A DNA stretch of 64,000 bases from an uncultured Chloroflexia bacterium (GCA_963768705.1 CAVYJE010000024.1:40786-104785); one strand, 5' to 3'; counted from the first letter of the stretch, positions 50,118-60,878 are shown. The notes: generated by a model not told the origin, from the sequence alone. Translations and numbers: made by a program.

Positions 50118-50400
50118 CAACAAAAAACGCCTATCGCCTCATAGGGGCGATGGCGTTCGCGGTACCACCCTACTTGCCCGAAGTGACTTCAGGCATCTCA
50201 TTCAGCACGGCTTCGACGAGTCTCAGCGATGCTGGGGGCTTTGATATCGGTGCCCTTCCGGCGCCGCCTACTTGTCTTGGCCTACCACGGGCTGAACCCC
50301 GCGGCTTGTGCTCGACTTTCGGGACGCGGCTCCCGGGTCCATTCGCTCGCTGCGCTGGCGCCGGGCTCTCACCTTATCCCGACTCTCTGGGGCCTCGCTT
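50118..50400 (-). promoter_or_regulatory. T-box riboswitch leader with UGG (Trp) specifier
   Basis: Minus-strand reading. AGAGAG (50383-50388). Specifier context GAA-UGG-A (codon at 50339-50341). T-box sequence UAGGGUGGUACCGCG (50158-50172). Terminator AACGCCAUCGCC...GGCGAUAGGCGUU + U6 (50122-50157). The trpB2 ATG lies 45 nt further on. Confidence 0.85.
50285..50304. repeat. REP-like hairpin CCACGGGCTGAACCCCGCGG inside the T-box leader
   Basis: Same loop (ctgaa) and stem type as 650-669 and 54007-54026. Confidence 0.55.
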
Positions 50401-50520
50401 GCGGGGTACTAATCCCGTTCACAGCCTTATGTTCTGTTGTGCATTTGAGTTTAGGCGTGCCGTGATTCGGTCGTCAACCTGTACAGAAGAGCTGCAAGCT
50501 CCAAGCTTTGAGCGGCAAGT

Positions 50521-50736
50521 TCAGGCGATGGCCACTTCGAGCTTGTGGGCGGCTTCTTCCGGTAATGGTTCGCCGCTTTCGCGCATCGACTCCAGGTACG
50601 CGGAGATTGCATCTTTGACGTTCTCCTCGATCTCTTCGAGGGTCTCACCGGACGTGTAGCAACCTGGGAGTTCGGCTACCTTCGCCCAGTAGCCGCCATC
50701 ATCCTTATCTTCATAAACGAGAACCGTGTATTTCAT
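50521..50736 (-). CDS. hicB: HicB-family antitoxin
   Basis: MKYTVLVYEDKDDGGYWAKVAELPGCYTSGETLEEIEENVKDAI is a textbook HicB N-domain. Confidence 0.8.
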   Translation of the reverse strand: MKYTVLVYEDKDDGGYWAKVAELPGCYTSGETLEEIEENVKDAISAYLESMRESGEPLPEEAAHKLEVAIA

Positions 50737-50744
50737 CGTTAACC

Positions 50745-50945
50745 TCAGAGGAGTTCGATGAACTCTTCAACCGTCAGACCAGCTTCCTTAATCATATCCC
50801 GCAGTAAGGCGGTCTTGAGTCTGACCGGAAGAATGATTCGCTGCCCGTTGGGCATACGGACTGAACGGTGGCTTCCTTTGCCCTGTCTTCGCACCTCAAC
50901 ACCACCAGCCCGTATCAGGGCGCGTACCGCTTGTGTCTGGCTCAC
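50745..50945 (-). CDS. hicA: HicA-family mRNA interferase toxin
   Basis: ...RRQGKGSHRSVRMPNGQRIILPV... matches the HicA (YcfA) core. GTG start. Low GC. Confidence 0.8.
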   Translation of the reverse strand: MSQTQAVRALIRAGGVEVRRQGKGSHRSVRMPNGQRIILPVRLKTALLRDMIKEAGLTVEEFIELL

Positions 50946-51189
50946 GTCTCGCGGGAATTTGGGGATTTTGCCCTCCTTTCGCTAGCGACCCAGATTGGGT
51001 CGGAGGGACACTATCTGTCAACCCGTCATTCGTAGGCCAGTCATGAAACCTGCCATTGTCTGGGCTGCGTTGGGTCATAGTCAGGCGCTATACTTGCGCC
51101 GCGCGCCGACCAGTGCGCATCGCTGCCGATTGTGACAGCCCTCCGACCGACCCCGCTGGAGCACTTCGCAAGGAGATTTCGAGACAACC

Positions 51190-52272
51190 ATGCCTACCAA
51201 GACGCCTGCAGCCATCCTGATCGAGAAGGACAAGCCGATGGTCATCGATGACATCGAGCTGCCTGACCTCGGCCCCAGTCATGTACTGGTGAAGCAGTTC
51301 GCCACGGGCGTCTGCCACTCTCAGCTTCACGAGCTCGACCGGCCTCAACCGCAGGTGCCGCTGGTGCTGGGCCACGAGTCCACGGGCGTCGTCGTCGCGA
51401 CCGGCAGCAACGTGACGCACGTCAAGGAAGGCGACCACGTCATGGTGACGTGGGTGCAGCGCAACCCGGTCTCGGGCCCGGCGCCTGTGCCCGCGCAGGT
51501 CATGTACAAGGGCGAGGTCGTGAAGTACGGCGCGCCGGCCAACGTCGGCACGTTCACGTGGGCCGAGAGCATCGTGGTGGACGAGCAGATGGTGGTGCCG
51601 CTGGACAAGGACGTCGACGTGGACGCGACGGCGCCGGTGGGCTGCGCCGTGATGACGGGCGTCGGCGCTGCAATCAACGCGGCAATGGTGCGCCCCGGCG
51701 ATAGTGTCGCGGTCATCGGTGTCGGTGGCGTCGGACTGTCGGTGGTCGCCGGCGCGGCGATCGCGGGCGCGTACCCGATCATCGCCGTCGACCTGGCGGA
51801 CGATAAGCTCGAATTCGCGAAGAAGTTCGGGGCCACGCACGGGGTGAACGCTCGCAGCGGCGATGCGGTGGAGCAGGTGCGCACGATGATGGGGGGCGGC
51901 TTCGGCGCCGGCGTCGATCACGCCTTTGACGCCATCGGCCAGAAAATCACGATGGAGCAGAGCCTGCAGATGGCGCGTGCTCGCCGACCCGGCACGCGCG
52001 AGGGCGGCCAGGCGATCGTCGTCGGCGTGCCGCACGGCGAGCCGGCGACGCCGACGATGGGCATGCTGTTCGGCGGCAAGGTCTACCGCGGCGCTCCGGG
52101 TGGCTGCAGCATCCCGGACCGCGACTTCCCGATGATGATCCGCTGGTTCAAGGAAGGTCGTCTGCCGCTGGACAAGATGGTGACGAAGACGTACAAGCTC
52201 GAGCAGATCAATGAGGCCTGTGACGACCTGCGGGCGGGCAAGATCGCCGGTCGCAGCATCGTGAAGTTCTAG
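51190..52272 (+). CDS. Zinc-dependent alcohol dehydrogenase (MDR family)
   Basis: GVCHSQLH, GHESTGVV and GVGGVGLS Rossmann motifs. Confidence 0.85.
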   Translation: MPTKTPAAILIEKDKPMVIDDIELPDLGPSHVLVKQFATGVCHSQLHELDRPQPQVPLVLGHESTGVVVATGSNVTHVKEGDHVMVTWVQRNPVSGPAPVPAQVMYKGEVVKYGAPANVGTFTWAESIVVDEQMVVPLDKDVDVDATAPVGCAVMTGVGAAINAAMVRPGDSVAVIGVGGVGLSVVAGAAIAGAYPIIAVDLADDKLEFAKKFGATHGVNARSGDAVEQVRTMMGGGFGAGVDHAFDAIGQKITMEQSLQMARARRPGTREGGQAIVVGVPHGEPATPTMGMLFGGKVYRGAPGGCSIPDRDFPMMIRWFKEGRLPLDKMVTKTYKLEQINEACDDLRAGKIAGRSIVKF

Positions 52273-52351
52273 GTCATTGCATGACGGCACAAGGACTGCC
52301 GCCGTCTCGCTCGAGAGGCAAATCTCAGGCGAGGCAAAAGATGACATAAAG

Positions 52352-52383
52352 AGAGCCGGGCAATTTGCCCGGCTCTTTGTTTT
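52352..52383. terminator. Rho-independent terminator (bidirectional context)
   Basis: AGAGCCGGGCA-att-TGCCCGGCTCT followed by TTGTTTT. A-rich on the other side. Confidence 0.75.
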
Positions 52384-52439
52384 GGATCGGTCTGTTTCTC
52401 TCCCCGCGACCCGCAGGGAGAGCGCGCCAGAGGGTGAGA

Positions 52440-53826
52440 TTAGCTCCCGCCGCCTGCGACCGCCTCGATCTCGGATTCGGCCATACCGAGGGAGCGCATG
52501 ACGACAGGGTCCTGGTCGGAGCCTACGAGGCGCCAATCTTCGTCGGGGGCGAGAATCTTCTCGCCGGAGCGAATCGAGGTGAAGTCGATCCCGTCGAGGG
52601 CGGGCGGGTCGATGCCTTCGGCGAGGTCCTTCGCGGCCTTGATGAGCAGGCTTCGCATGCGGATGACGGCCTTGTCGGTGGTACCGAGGTGTTCCTGGGA
52701 GCGGTCGTAGATGCCGCCCATGGATTCGGTGACCATGAGGTCCTGGCTACCGAAGTCCTCGACACCCGTGTAGTAGGTGCCGTCCTTCTGCAGCTCCCGG
52801 TCGATCAGGTAGTCGTTGTCCGGGGTGTAGTGGCGCTCGCCGACATTGCCGTTGGCGAATCGCCGGTTGCGCACGGCGGCGTAGGGCATGTACGCGAACA
52901 GGCCACCATCACCGGCCGCCTTCATGATCTCCTCGCGGTACGGCGCGTTGGGCAGGGGGCGGGTAGCGAAGCGGAAGAAGTAGCAGTTGTAGTCGTCGAT
53001 CGGCACACACATGACACCCCCGGTCGAGAACGGGATGTTGGCGACCATGGTGCTGTAGGGCATGGCGTAAGCCGTGATGCGGACGTGGGTGTTGCCGTTG
53101 GGCGTCTCGCGGATGGCGGCGTAGCGGTAGCCGTACTCCGTGTCCGTTAACTCCAGGCGCGGCGCGCGGTCGTGGGCCCAGATCTTGATCGACATCGGGT
53201 ATGAAGGGTAGGCGCCGGGGACATCCGTGCCGTCGTCCGGGTGCTCGATGGCGGTCTTGAACTGGTGGAGCCATGAGATGTGGGAGCTATCGAGCTGGCC
53301 CTCGTTGCGCTGGACCCAGTTGCAGTAGGCCTGGAACTTGGTCGCGGTGTTCCAGTTCTCCTTCGGCACACCCTCGGAGCCGAAGTCGCGGAAGGGCGGC
53401 TGCTTGTCGGCCGGGCCCATGTAGGCCCAGACGAGGCCGCCGGACTCGTGCACGGGGTAGGCGCCGATGCGCACCTTGGTCTTGAAGTTCGATCTCGGCG
53501 GGCTCGGAGGGCATGTCGACGCAGGCGCCGGTAACGTCGAACTTCCAGCCGTGGTAGACGCAGCGCAGGCCGGCTTCTTCGTTGCGACCGAAGAACATGC
53601 TGGCGCCTCGATGAGGGCAGGCGGTCGGGAAAAGGCCGACGTTGCCCTCGGTGTCTCGAAACGCAACGAGGTCTTCGCCGAGGATGCGGACGCGGACGGG
53701 CGGGCAGTCTGGCTCAGGCACCTCGCTGGAGAGCAGGGCCGGCGTCCAGTAGCGACGCAGGAGGTTGCCCATGAGCGTGCCGCGGCCGACGCGGGTGAGA
53801 ATTTCGTTGTCTTCTTTGGTGAGCAT
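52440..53826 (-). pseudogene. Rieske [2Fe-2S] aromatic-ring-hydroxylating oxygenase alpha subunit (phthalate/KshA-like class), one frame repair near 53490
   Basis: CPHRGASMFFGRNEEAGLRCVYHGWKF Rieske motif in ORF 53287..53826. Catalytic domain in ORF 52440..53984. Removing one A restores ...PAESNFKTKVRIG... Confidence 0.85.
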
Positions 53827-53841
53827 GAGGTTTGGTCTCCT

Positions 53842-53889
53842 CTCGATAGGTCGTATTGAGGCTCAGAATACGCCCGATGACCTATCGAG
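53842..53889. promoter_or_regulatory. 11-bp perfect inverted repeat (CTCGATAGGTC ... GACCTATCGAG) next to the RBS of the minus-strand Rieske gene
   Basis: Arms at 53842-53852 and 53879-53889 with an inner GTATT/AATAC pair. Starts 16 nt upstream of the ATG at 53826. Confidence 0.4.
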
Positions 53890-54006
53890 TCGACCTGCGG
53901 CGGTTGCGAGCACCTCGCGGCCACCTTACGATCTCGGGCAAGCCTTTGGGCTCGGGTAAGCCTTTGGGGCTTCGTATCGGGCATTCGGTGCGGTGGAGTT
54001 TCGACA

Positions 54007-54068
54007 CCGCGGGCTGAACCCCGCGGCTACGCATGATGATCGACGGACACTGCGGGTTTCAACCCGCA
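54007..54068. repeat. Two REP-like hairpins (CCGCGGGCTGAACCCCGCGG and CTGCGGGTTTCAACCCGCAG)
   Basis: Located at 54007-54026 and 54050-54068 in the divergent intergenic region. Confidence 0.75.
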
Positions 54069-54099
54069 GTTTGCGCACTCAAAGAGAGGCAAGGCTCTA

Positions 54100-55429
54100 A
54101 TGCTCACAGCCGAAGACAACGCCGTACTGACGCAGGTTGGCCTCGGGACGCTCATGGGCAACCTGCTGCGCCGGTACTGGATGCCCGTGCTGCTCTCGAA
54201 CGAGATTGCGGCGCCGGACAGCGCGCCGGTGCGGGCCCGGATCCTCGGCGAGGACCTGGTGGCGTTTCGGGACACGGAGGGGCGCGTCGGCGTGTTCCGG
54301 CAGGCGTGCCCGCATCGGGGCGCTTCGATGTTCTTCGGGCGCAACGAGGAGGCGGGACTGCGCTGCGTGTATCACGGCTGGAAGTTCGACGTGTCGGGCG
54401 CCTGCGTCGACATGCCCTCCGAGCCCGCCGAGAGCAACTTCAAGAACAAGGTGAGGATCACGGCTTACCCGACGCACGAGTCAGGGGGCATCGTCTGGGC
54501 CTACTTCGGGCCGCCGGAGACGCAGCCGGCGTTTCGCGACTTCGGGTCGGAGGGCATGCCGGCGGACAAAATCCGGGCTTCCAAAGTGCGCGTCGAGTGC
54601 AACTGGGTGCAGTCGATGGAGGGCAACCTCGATACGAGCGCATATCTCCTGGCTGCACCAGTACCACGCTGCGTCCGACATCGCCGATGACGGCACGGAC
54701 CAGCCGGGCGTGCCGAGCAACTCGATGTCGATCCGGATCTGGGAGCACGACCGGGCGCCGCGCATCGAGGTGAACGACGAGTGGTACGGCTATCGCTACG
54801 CCGGCCTGCGCAGCACGCCGAACGGCCACCAGCACGCGCGCGTCACGGCCTGGGTGTTCCCGTTCACGACGATGGTGGCGGCGATCCCGCTGGGCATCGG
54901 TGCGGGTGGCGGGCTGTTCGTGCCGATCGATGACACGTCGTGCTGGCGGTTCGGGCTCGGCGTGCAGCCGCCGGTACACCAGCGCCCGGCGCACATCGGC
55001 GAGCCGTTGTTCAGCCTGATGCCGTATGGCTTCGAGCGCCCGGACAACGGTGTTTCGCCGCGGGCCTTCAACGCCGCCAACGACTATCAGGTCGACCGCG
55101 AGCTACAGCGCACGACCTCGTACTCGGGCATCTCCGACTTCGTGAGCCAGGACCACGCCGTGCAGGAGTCGATGGGCAGCATCCTCGACCGCACACGCGA
55201 GCACCTGGGCACCAGCGACCGGGCCGTGATCCGCATGCGGCAGCAGCTGGTGAAGGCGGCGCGAGACCTTGCGAACGGTCTCGAACCGCCCGCGACGGAC
55301 GGCACGCTGGACTTCCGAAGCATCTACGGGGCGGAGCGCATCCTCGCGTCAGGCGAGGACTGGCGCTTCCTGGGCACCGACGCCGACCCGATCTTCCGCG
55401 TGGCGGAGCCGCCCCTGACGCAGGCCTGA
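54100..55429 (+). pseudogene. Rieske oxygenase alpha subunit, paralog of 52440-53826, one frame repair near 54641
   Basis: The first 120 aa are nearly identical to the divergent paralog. Removing one G restores ...NLDTSHISWLHQYHAASDIADDGTDQPGVPSNSMSIRIWEHD... Confidence 0.85.
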
Positions 55430-55445
55430 GCTCGGCGCGGCCGTG

Positions 55446-55955
55446 ATGCTGGACCCGTACAACCTGACACCCGAGGTATCGCTGAACCGTGTCCGGCTCG
55501 TCAGCGGGCCGAGGCTCTCGTTGCCGGCGCACCTGGAGGGACGTACGGCGCAGGAAGTGCTGAGCGCCGAGGCGGTGCGAGCGCTGGCAGGTGAGAGCAC
55601 CGTGGCAGACGGCCTGCGACTGGGTGACATAAGCAATCTTAGGGAGCTTCTGCAAGCATGGCTAAGGTCCGGGGGCGAGCGAGAGCGGCAGACGGCGCAA
55701 GCGGTGTTCGACGAGCATGGGTCACGCCTGGCGTACCTGATCGCGGTGCTGCGGCTGGGCGAGGCGGCAGCGCGGGCGACTCGCGAGCGAGTGGGATGAG
55801 AGCTACTGGCGACTGCTGGGGTGACATCGAGCGGGTGTGGCTGTGCGGCGGCCTGGCGTCGCCGGAAGTGGCGGAGGCAGCCGGGCGAAGCATTGGCGCG
55901 AACTCGGCGTTGCGTGCGAGGTGCGAAGTGGCGCCGCATGCGGCGATAGCGCCGC
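55446..55955 (+). pseudogene. Segment resembling the C-terminal third of a ROK/actin-fold sugar kinase behind an unknown N-terminal region; frames broken
   Basis: HGSRLAYLIAVL and ERVWLCGGLAS, then ...APLIGAARCA after a shift. Assignment is weak. Confidence 0.3.
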
Positions 55956-55994
55956 TTGATCGGGGCGGCACGTTGCGCGACGGGCGAATCGGGG

Positions 55995-56506
55995 ATGGCG
56001 TTCGTATTCGACTTCGGCGGGACGAGCGTGAAGTGCGGTATCGCCCGCTACGAGTCGGGCGAGCTGGCGTCCTTGCGGGTGCTGGAGTCGTTGCCTTCGC
56101 CGCAGCGGGTCGGCGACCGTGCGCCGCAGACGCTGGCAGCGATCATCGGCGACACGATTCGGTCACAGGGCCTGTTGTCTGGAGGCGCCGTCGACATCGC
56201 CGTGAGCATCGCGTCTTACGTGCGCGGCAACCACCTGCTGGCGCCGCCGCACGCGAGCTACGTCGACATCGACGGCATCGAGAACCTGGGCGCCTGGTTG
56301 GGCGACCAACTCGGCGCCCTGCTCGGGCTAGCGGCGCGCGTCAGGTTGGTGCACGACGGAACCGCGAGCGCCCTTTCGGTGTCGCCGGACGGCGAACGCG
56401 GCGGCGATCACGATCGGGGACGTTTCTGGGTGTGGGTTTCGTGCGGCCGTCGAGCGAAGGGCTGGTGCCACTTTCGCCCGACTTCCGCGTCGAAGGCGGG
56501 GCCTAG
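55995..56506 (+). pseudogene. Segment resembling the N-terminal two-thirds of a ROK/actin-fold sugar kinase, about 2 frame repairs near 56400-56420
   Basis: MAFVFDFGGTSVKCGIARY (phosphate-1 motif), VRLVHDGTASALS, then AAITIGTFLGVGFV after the shifts. Confidence 0.45.
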
Positions 56507-56938
56507 CCGCCCTCGGGGTGCTTCGGGCCTTGCGGTTTCGCATCGGAGGGGGCCGAGGGGTTGGTTGGCGGTGTCATGTCCGTCACGGCGAGCTTGCCGA
56601 AGTAGCGGATGTTCATGGCGCCTTCCAGCTCCATGATCTCGCGGGCCCTGTCGGCCTCTTCGCCCTGATCGGCGCCAACCGCGAGGACTACGCCGCCATT
56701 CCTGGTCGCCTCCTGGTACTGGTCCAGGTAGCCCGTCTCGATCGCTGAGATGGCCGGAGACCTTCTCGAGCAGGGCCGAGAGCGGGTTGACGCCTTCGCC
56801 GAGGTTATCGACGTGCTGCATGACGAGGACGTCGTCATAGCCGGCCTTGTGCAGTCGGCTGACGGCGTCGTCCGCCGACTTGGAGCCGCTGATCACGCCT
56901 ACGACGTGGTTGCTGGGGATCTTGGATTGGTTGCTCAT
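56503..56938 (-). pseudogene. Hypothetical small cytoplasmic protein (general-stress-like), one frame repair near 56745
   Basis: ATG 56938 (GGAGGTG RBS). N-half in ORF 56408..57001 and C-half in ORF 56503..56838. Confidence 0.45.
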
Positions 56939-56975
56939 CCGACACCTCCTGGTGCTGGGGAACGAGCAAACGCAA

Positions 56976-57422
56976 CTACTGGGAGACGAGCTCCGCGACA
57001 AACTCGAACTCGACGTTGCCGCGCATGGCTGTCGAAATCAAGCACCGCTCCTCGGCCTTGCGCGCCATCTCCTCGAAGCGCTGTGAGTCGATGCGCGGCA
57101 CGACGCCCTTGACCTCGAGGTGCATTCGCGTGATCGCGAGGCCGTCGGTCGTGCGGTCGAGCACGCATCGGGCCGAGACGTCGAGGCGGTCGGGCTGGTT
57201 GCCATTGGAGGAGAGCGCGCTGGCCAGGGTCATGGCGTAATCGGCCGCGTATGCCGACGCGATCAGCTCTTCCGGGCTGGTCTTGCCGTTGTCCGCGTCC
57301 AGCCGTTCCACGAGCGAGCTCGGCAGCTCGCCGTAGGTCCGGCCGTTGCCGCGCACGCTGGCGGTGGCCACTCGCGGGTCGCCTTCCAGAGTCACACTTG
57401 CCTTGCGTTCCGTTACAGGCAT
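56976..57422 (-). CDS. osmC: OsmC/Ohr-family peroxiredoxin-like protein
   Basis: TSPEELIASAYAADYAMTL and ...EERCLISTAMRGN... carry the two conserved Cys/structural blocks. Confidence 0.8.
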   Translation of the reverse strand: MPVTERKASVTLEGDPRVATASVRGNGRTYGELPSSLVERLDADNGKTSPEELIASAYAADYAMTLASALSSNGNQPDRLDVSARCVLDRTTDGLAITRMHLEVKGVVPRIDSQRFEEMARKAEERCLISTAMRGNVEFEFVAELVSQ

Positions 57423-57582
57423 ACCCCAGCCTCCCTCAATTCGACTCTCGATTGCACGTACGCGGTCTCGCCTGACGTTTACAAGCCATTACAAGCGACG
57501 AAGCCGGCCGTGACTACCGATGCCTGTATCCCGAAACGTATGTCAGCCCCGGCCCTGCGAGTCTGGCTTATGCTTGAAGGCG

Positions 57583-58188
57583 ATGCCTGGCCCTAAAGAC
57601 GTGCTTCTGTTTGACCTCGGCGGCGTGCTCGTGGAAGTGGCGCCGGCGGCGCATATGCTCGCGAGCCTGGGACTGGAGACTAAGCCCGAGCTGCTGAAGC
57701 GCTGGGTGAGCGTGGAGCCCTGGATCCAGCTCGAGGTGGGGGAGATCGACGGGGCGGCGTTCTCCGAGCGGTTCGTCAGCGAGCTGGGGCTGACGATGGA
57801 CCCGGAACGGGTGCTGAGCGAGTTCGAGGCCTGGAACCTCGGGCTGTTCCCGGGCGCCGCTGAGACCCTGGCAGCGCTGCGTGAGCGCCATCGTCTGGCC
57901 GTACTGAGCAACACGAATGAGGTCCACGCTCGCCGCCTCACGGGCGAGATGGCGATTCATGACCGCGTGGACACCGTGTTCTTCTCGCACCTGATAGGGC
58001 TGCGCAAGCCAGACGAGCGCGTCTACCGCCATGTCGCCGGCGAGCTGGGTGTCGACGTGACGGACCTCGTGTTCTTCGATGACAACGCGGAGAACGTCGA
58101 GGCGGCATTGAGCATCGGCATGCAGGCGTGGCGTGTCGAGGGCGTTGGGGCGCTGCGGGAGCGTCTGACGGCGCTGGGGTATTTGTAG
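57583..58188 (+). CDS. HAD-superfamily hydrolase
   Basis: Trimmed to ATG 57583. Motif I LLFDLGGVL, motif II LSNTN and motif IV FFDDNAENV. Confidence 0.8.
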   Translation: MPGPKDVLLFDLGGVLVEVAPAAHMLASLGLETKPELLKRWVSVEPWIQLEVGEIDGAAFSERFVSELGLTMDPERVLSEFEAWNLGLFPGAAETLAALRERHRLAVLSNTNEVHARRLTGEMAIHDRVDTVFFSHLIGLRKPDERVYRHVAGELGVDVTDLVFFDDNAENVEAALSIGMQAWRVEGVGALRERLTALGYL

Positions 58189-58195
58189 GCTTCGG

Positions 58196-58213
58196 GGGCA
58201 AAGGGCAAAGGGC
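58196..58213. repeat. (GGGCAAA) x2.5 microsatellite
   Basis: Same heptamer as 36973-37007. Confidence 0.8.
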
Positions 58214-58541
58214 CTCTTAAACGGGCCCAGGAGAAGTACAGGGGCGTCCGGTCCCCCGGTGTTGTCATGCTGAGGCACCGCCGAAGCATCTACAGGCTAT
58301 CGGTGTACGACGAAGCGCCGTTTCACACGCTTACACCCCGAAACGCGGAACAAGACACCGTTGGACTTCGGCACCCTGTGGATGCTTCGCAGGGCTCAGC
58401 ATGACATAAGGCGAGAAGGTTGGCAGAGGCGCTATCGTCCGAATGCTCGAATGCCCGAATGCCTTGCGCACCCGTAACACGCTCGTTCGGCCGCGGTGCT
58501 ACCATCGCCTGGCAAATGTATTGGTCTGGCAGGAGGACTGC

Positions 58542-60768
58542 GTGGCTCCTTATTCGGTAATCGGCAAGCCTGTGGCGCGCCCGGATGGCATCGACAAGGT
58601 GACGGGGCGGGGGCGGTATGCGGCGGACCATCCGCTGCCCGGCACGGTGTGGGGCAAGACGCTGCACAGCCCTTACGCCCATGCGCGCATCGTGAGCATC
58701 GACACGTCCGAGGCGCGGGCGGTGCCTGGTGTGTACGCCGTGATCACCGGTCGCGACATTGCCCAGGGACCGTGGGGACGCGCGATCAAGGACTCGCCGG
58801 TGCTGGCGGTGGACCGTGTGCGCTTCTTCGGCGAGCGCGTGGCGGCCGTGGCGGCGGTCGATGAGGACATCGCCCAGCGGGCGCTCGACCTGATCACGGT
58901 GGAGTACGAGGAGCTGCCGGCCGTGTTCGACGTGCTCGAGGCGATGAGCGACTCGGCGCCGGTGCTGCATCCGGACTTCCCGGGCTACCCCGGCGGCCAG
59001 CCATTCGCGGGCCTGCCCACGAATGCGTACTCGGTGGCGGTGAACGAGCGCGGCGACCTCGATGCCGGGTTTGCGGAGGCGGACCTGATCGTCGAGAACA
59101 CGTATACGGTGCCGCGACAGCACCAGGCCTACCTGGAGCCGCACAGCGTGATGATCGATGCGTCGGGCGAGACGGTGCAGGTGTGGACGTGCGCGAAGGC
59201 GCCGTACGACGCCGTCAAGGCGCTCGCAGTGGCGATCGAGCTGCCGCCGGAGCAGGTGGTGCTCAACCACAGCTACATCGGCGGCGACTTCGGGGGCAAG
59301 GCGTCACCGGCGATCCTGCCGGTGTGCTACTTCCTCGTCGAAGGCGGCAGGCCGGCCGGTGCGCATGGTGAACGAGTACATCGAAGAGTTCATGTCGGCC
59401 AACCCGCGACACTCCTGCGTGATCAAGATAAAGACCGGCGTGAAGCGCGATGGCACGATCACGGCCCACCACACGCAGTCGTTCATCAACTCGGGCGCTT
59501 ACGCGGCCTACAAGCCGGCGGGGATCATCGGCGGATCGCTGCGGGCCGGGACGGCGGGGCCCTACAAGATCGCCAACGTCCGGCTTGAATCGGCGGAGGT
59601 GTACACGAACACGGTGCCGTGCGGGCACATGCGCTCGCCGGGGGAGCCGCAAGCCGTGTTTGCCTGCGAGTCGCAGATGGACGAGGTCGCGCGGGCGCTC
59701 GGCATGGACCCGCTGGACTTTCGTCTGCACAACGTGATCCGGGACGGCGACGAGACGCCGATGGGCGCGAAGCATGAGGACCTGCGGGGCTACGAGACCC
59801 TGAAGCTGGCTGAGGAGGCCTCGAACTACCGCGCGCCCAAGGCGCCGAACGTGGGCCGCGGCCTGGCGCTGTGCGACCGGGCGCCCGGTGGCGGCGTCGG
59901 CACGCTGCAGGTGACGCTGGAGCCGGACGGCGGCGTCCTCCTGGGGACGCCGGTGTTCGACCAGGGCACGGGCACCTACGCGACGCACCTGCAGGTGATC
60001 TGCGAGGAGTTCGGCGTGTCGCCGAGCCGCGTGCGCTTCGAGTACTGGAAGACGGGCGTGCTGGAGCACGACTCCGGCATCGGCGGTATGCGGGGCACGC
60101 GCGTGAACACGGCGGTCGCGTACGACGCCGTCGAGTCGACGCGAGCCGAGCTGCTGGCGCTGGCGACGGAGCACCTGGGCTGGCCGGCCGACAAGCTGGT
60201 GCTGCGCGGGGACGAGATCCGGCGCACCGACCAGGAGGAGGCGATCGCCTGGCCGGAGCTGCTATCGCAGGCGGGCAAGGGCGTCACTGGCGTCGGTCAC
60301 GCGGATGAGAAGGGCCGTACCGAGATGACGTGCTTCGCGGTGCAGGTCGCCGAGGTGTCGGTGGACCCGGAGACGGGCGAGGTAAAGCTGCTCAACTTCA
60401 CGACGGCGCATGACACGGGCCAGATCATGAACCCCATCGGCCACCAGGGCCAGATAAACGGCGGCCTCGTGCAGGGCCTCGGCTACGCGCTGATGGAGGA
60501 GCTTCTGGTCGAAGACGGCCGCGTGACGAACCTGTCGTTCGGCGACTACAAGATCCCGACGACGGCCGACATCCCGCCGCTGAAGACCGTGATCCTGGCG
60601 CCGGGCGAGGGCGTGGGCCCGTACCACATCAAGGGCATCGGTGAGACGCCGAACACGCCCACGGCCGCGGCGATCGCCAACGCCGTCGCAGACGCCATCG
60701 GCGCCCGCGTGCGCGACCTGCCCGTGACGGCGGAGAAGGTGTACCGGGCACTGCACAGCGAGGCGTAG
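58542..60768 (+). pseudogene. Xanthine dehydrogenase/aldehyde oxidase family molybdopterin-binding large subunit, one frame repair near 59336
   Basis: GTG 58542 after AGGAGG. N-terminal a/b-hammerhead region in ORF 58443..59588. Remainder in ORF 59158..60768 (...GGDFGGK..., GEPQAV, GIGETP). No small or medium subunit genes are adjacent. Confidence 0.85.
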
Positions 60769-60772
60769 GGAA

Positions 60773-60878
60773 CCTGTAGGGACGAACCCCTTGGGCCCGT
60801 CCGGGCGGCGCACGGTGCAGGCCATGGGCTCTCACGTGCTTGCGGCGGACGGAGCTAAAGCTGCGTCCCTACATTAGG
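60773..60878. repeat. REPIN-like doublet: two inverted copies of the RAYT-associated REP
   Basis: CCTGTAGGGACGAACCCCTTGGGCCCGTCCGG (60773-60804) and CGGACGGAGCTAAAGCTGCGTCCCTACATTAGG (60846-60878). Compare 39036-39068 and 39562-39594. Confidence 0.75.
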
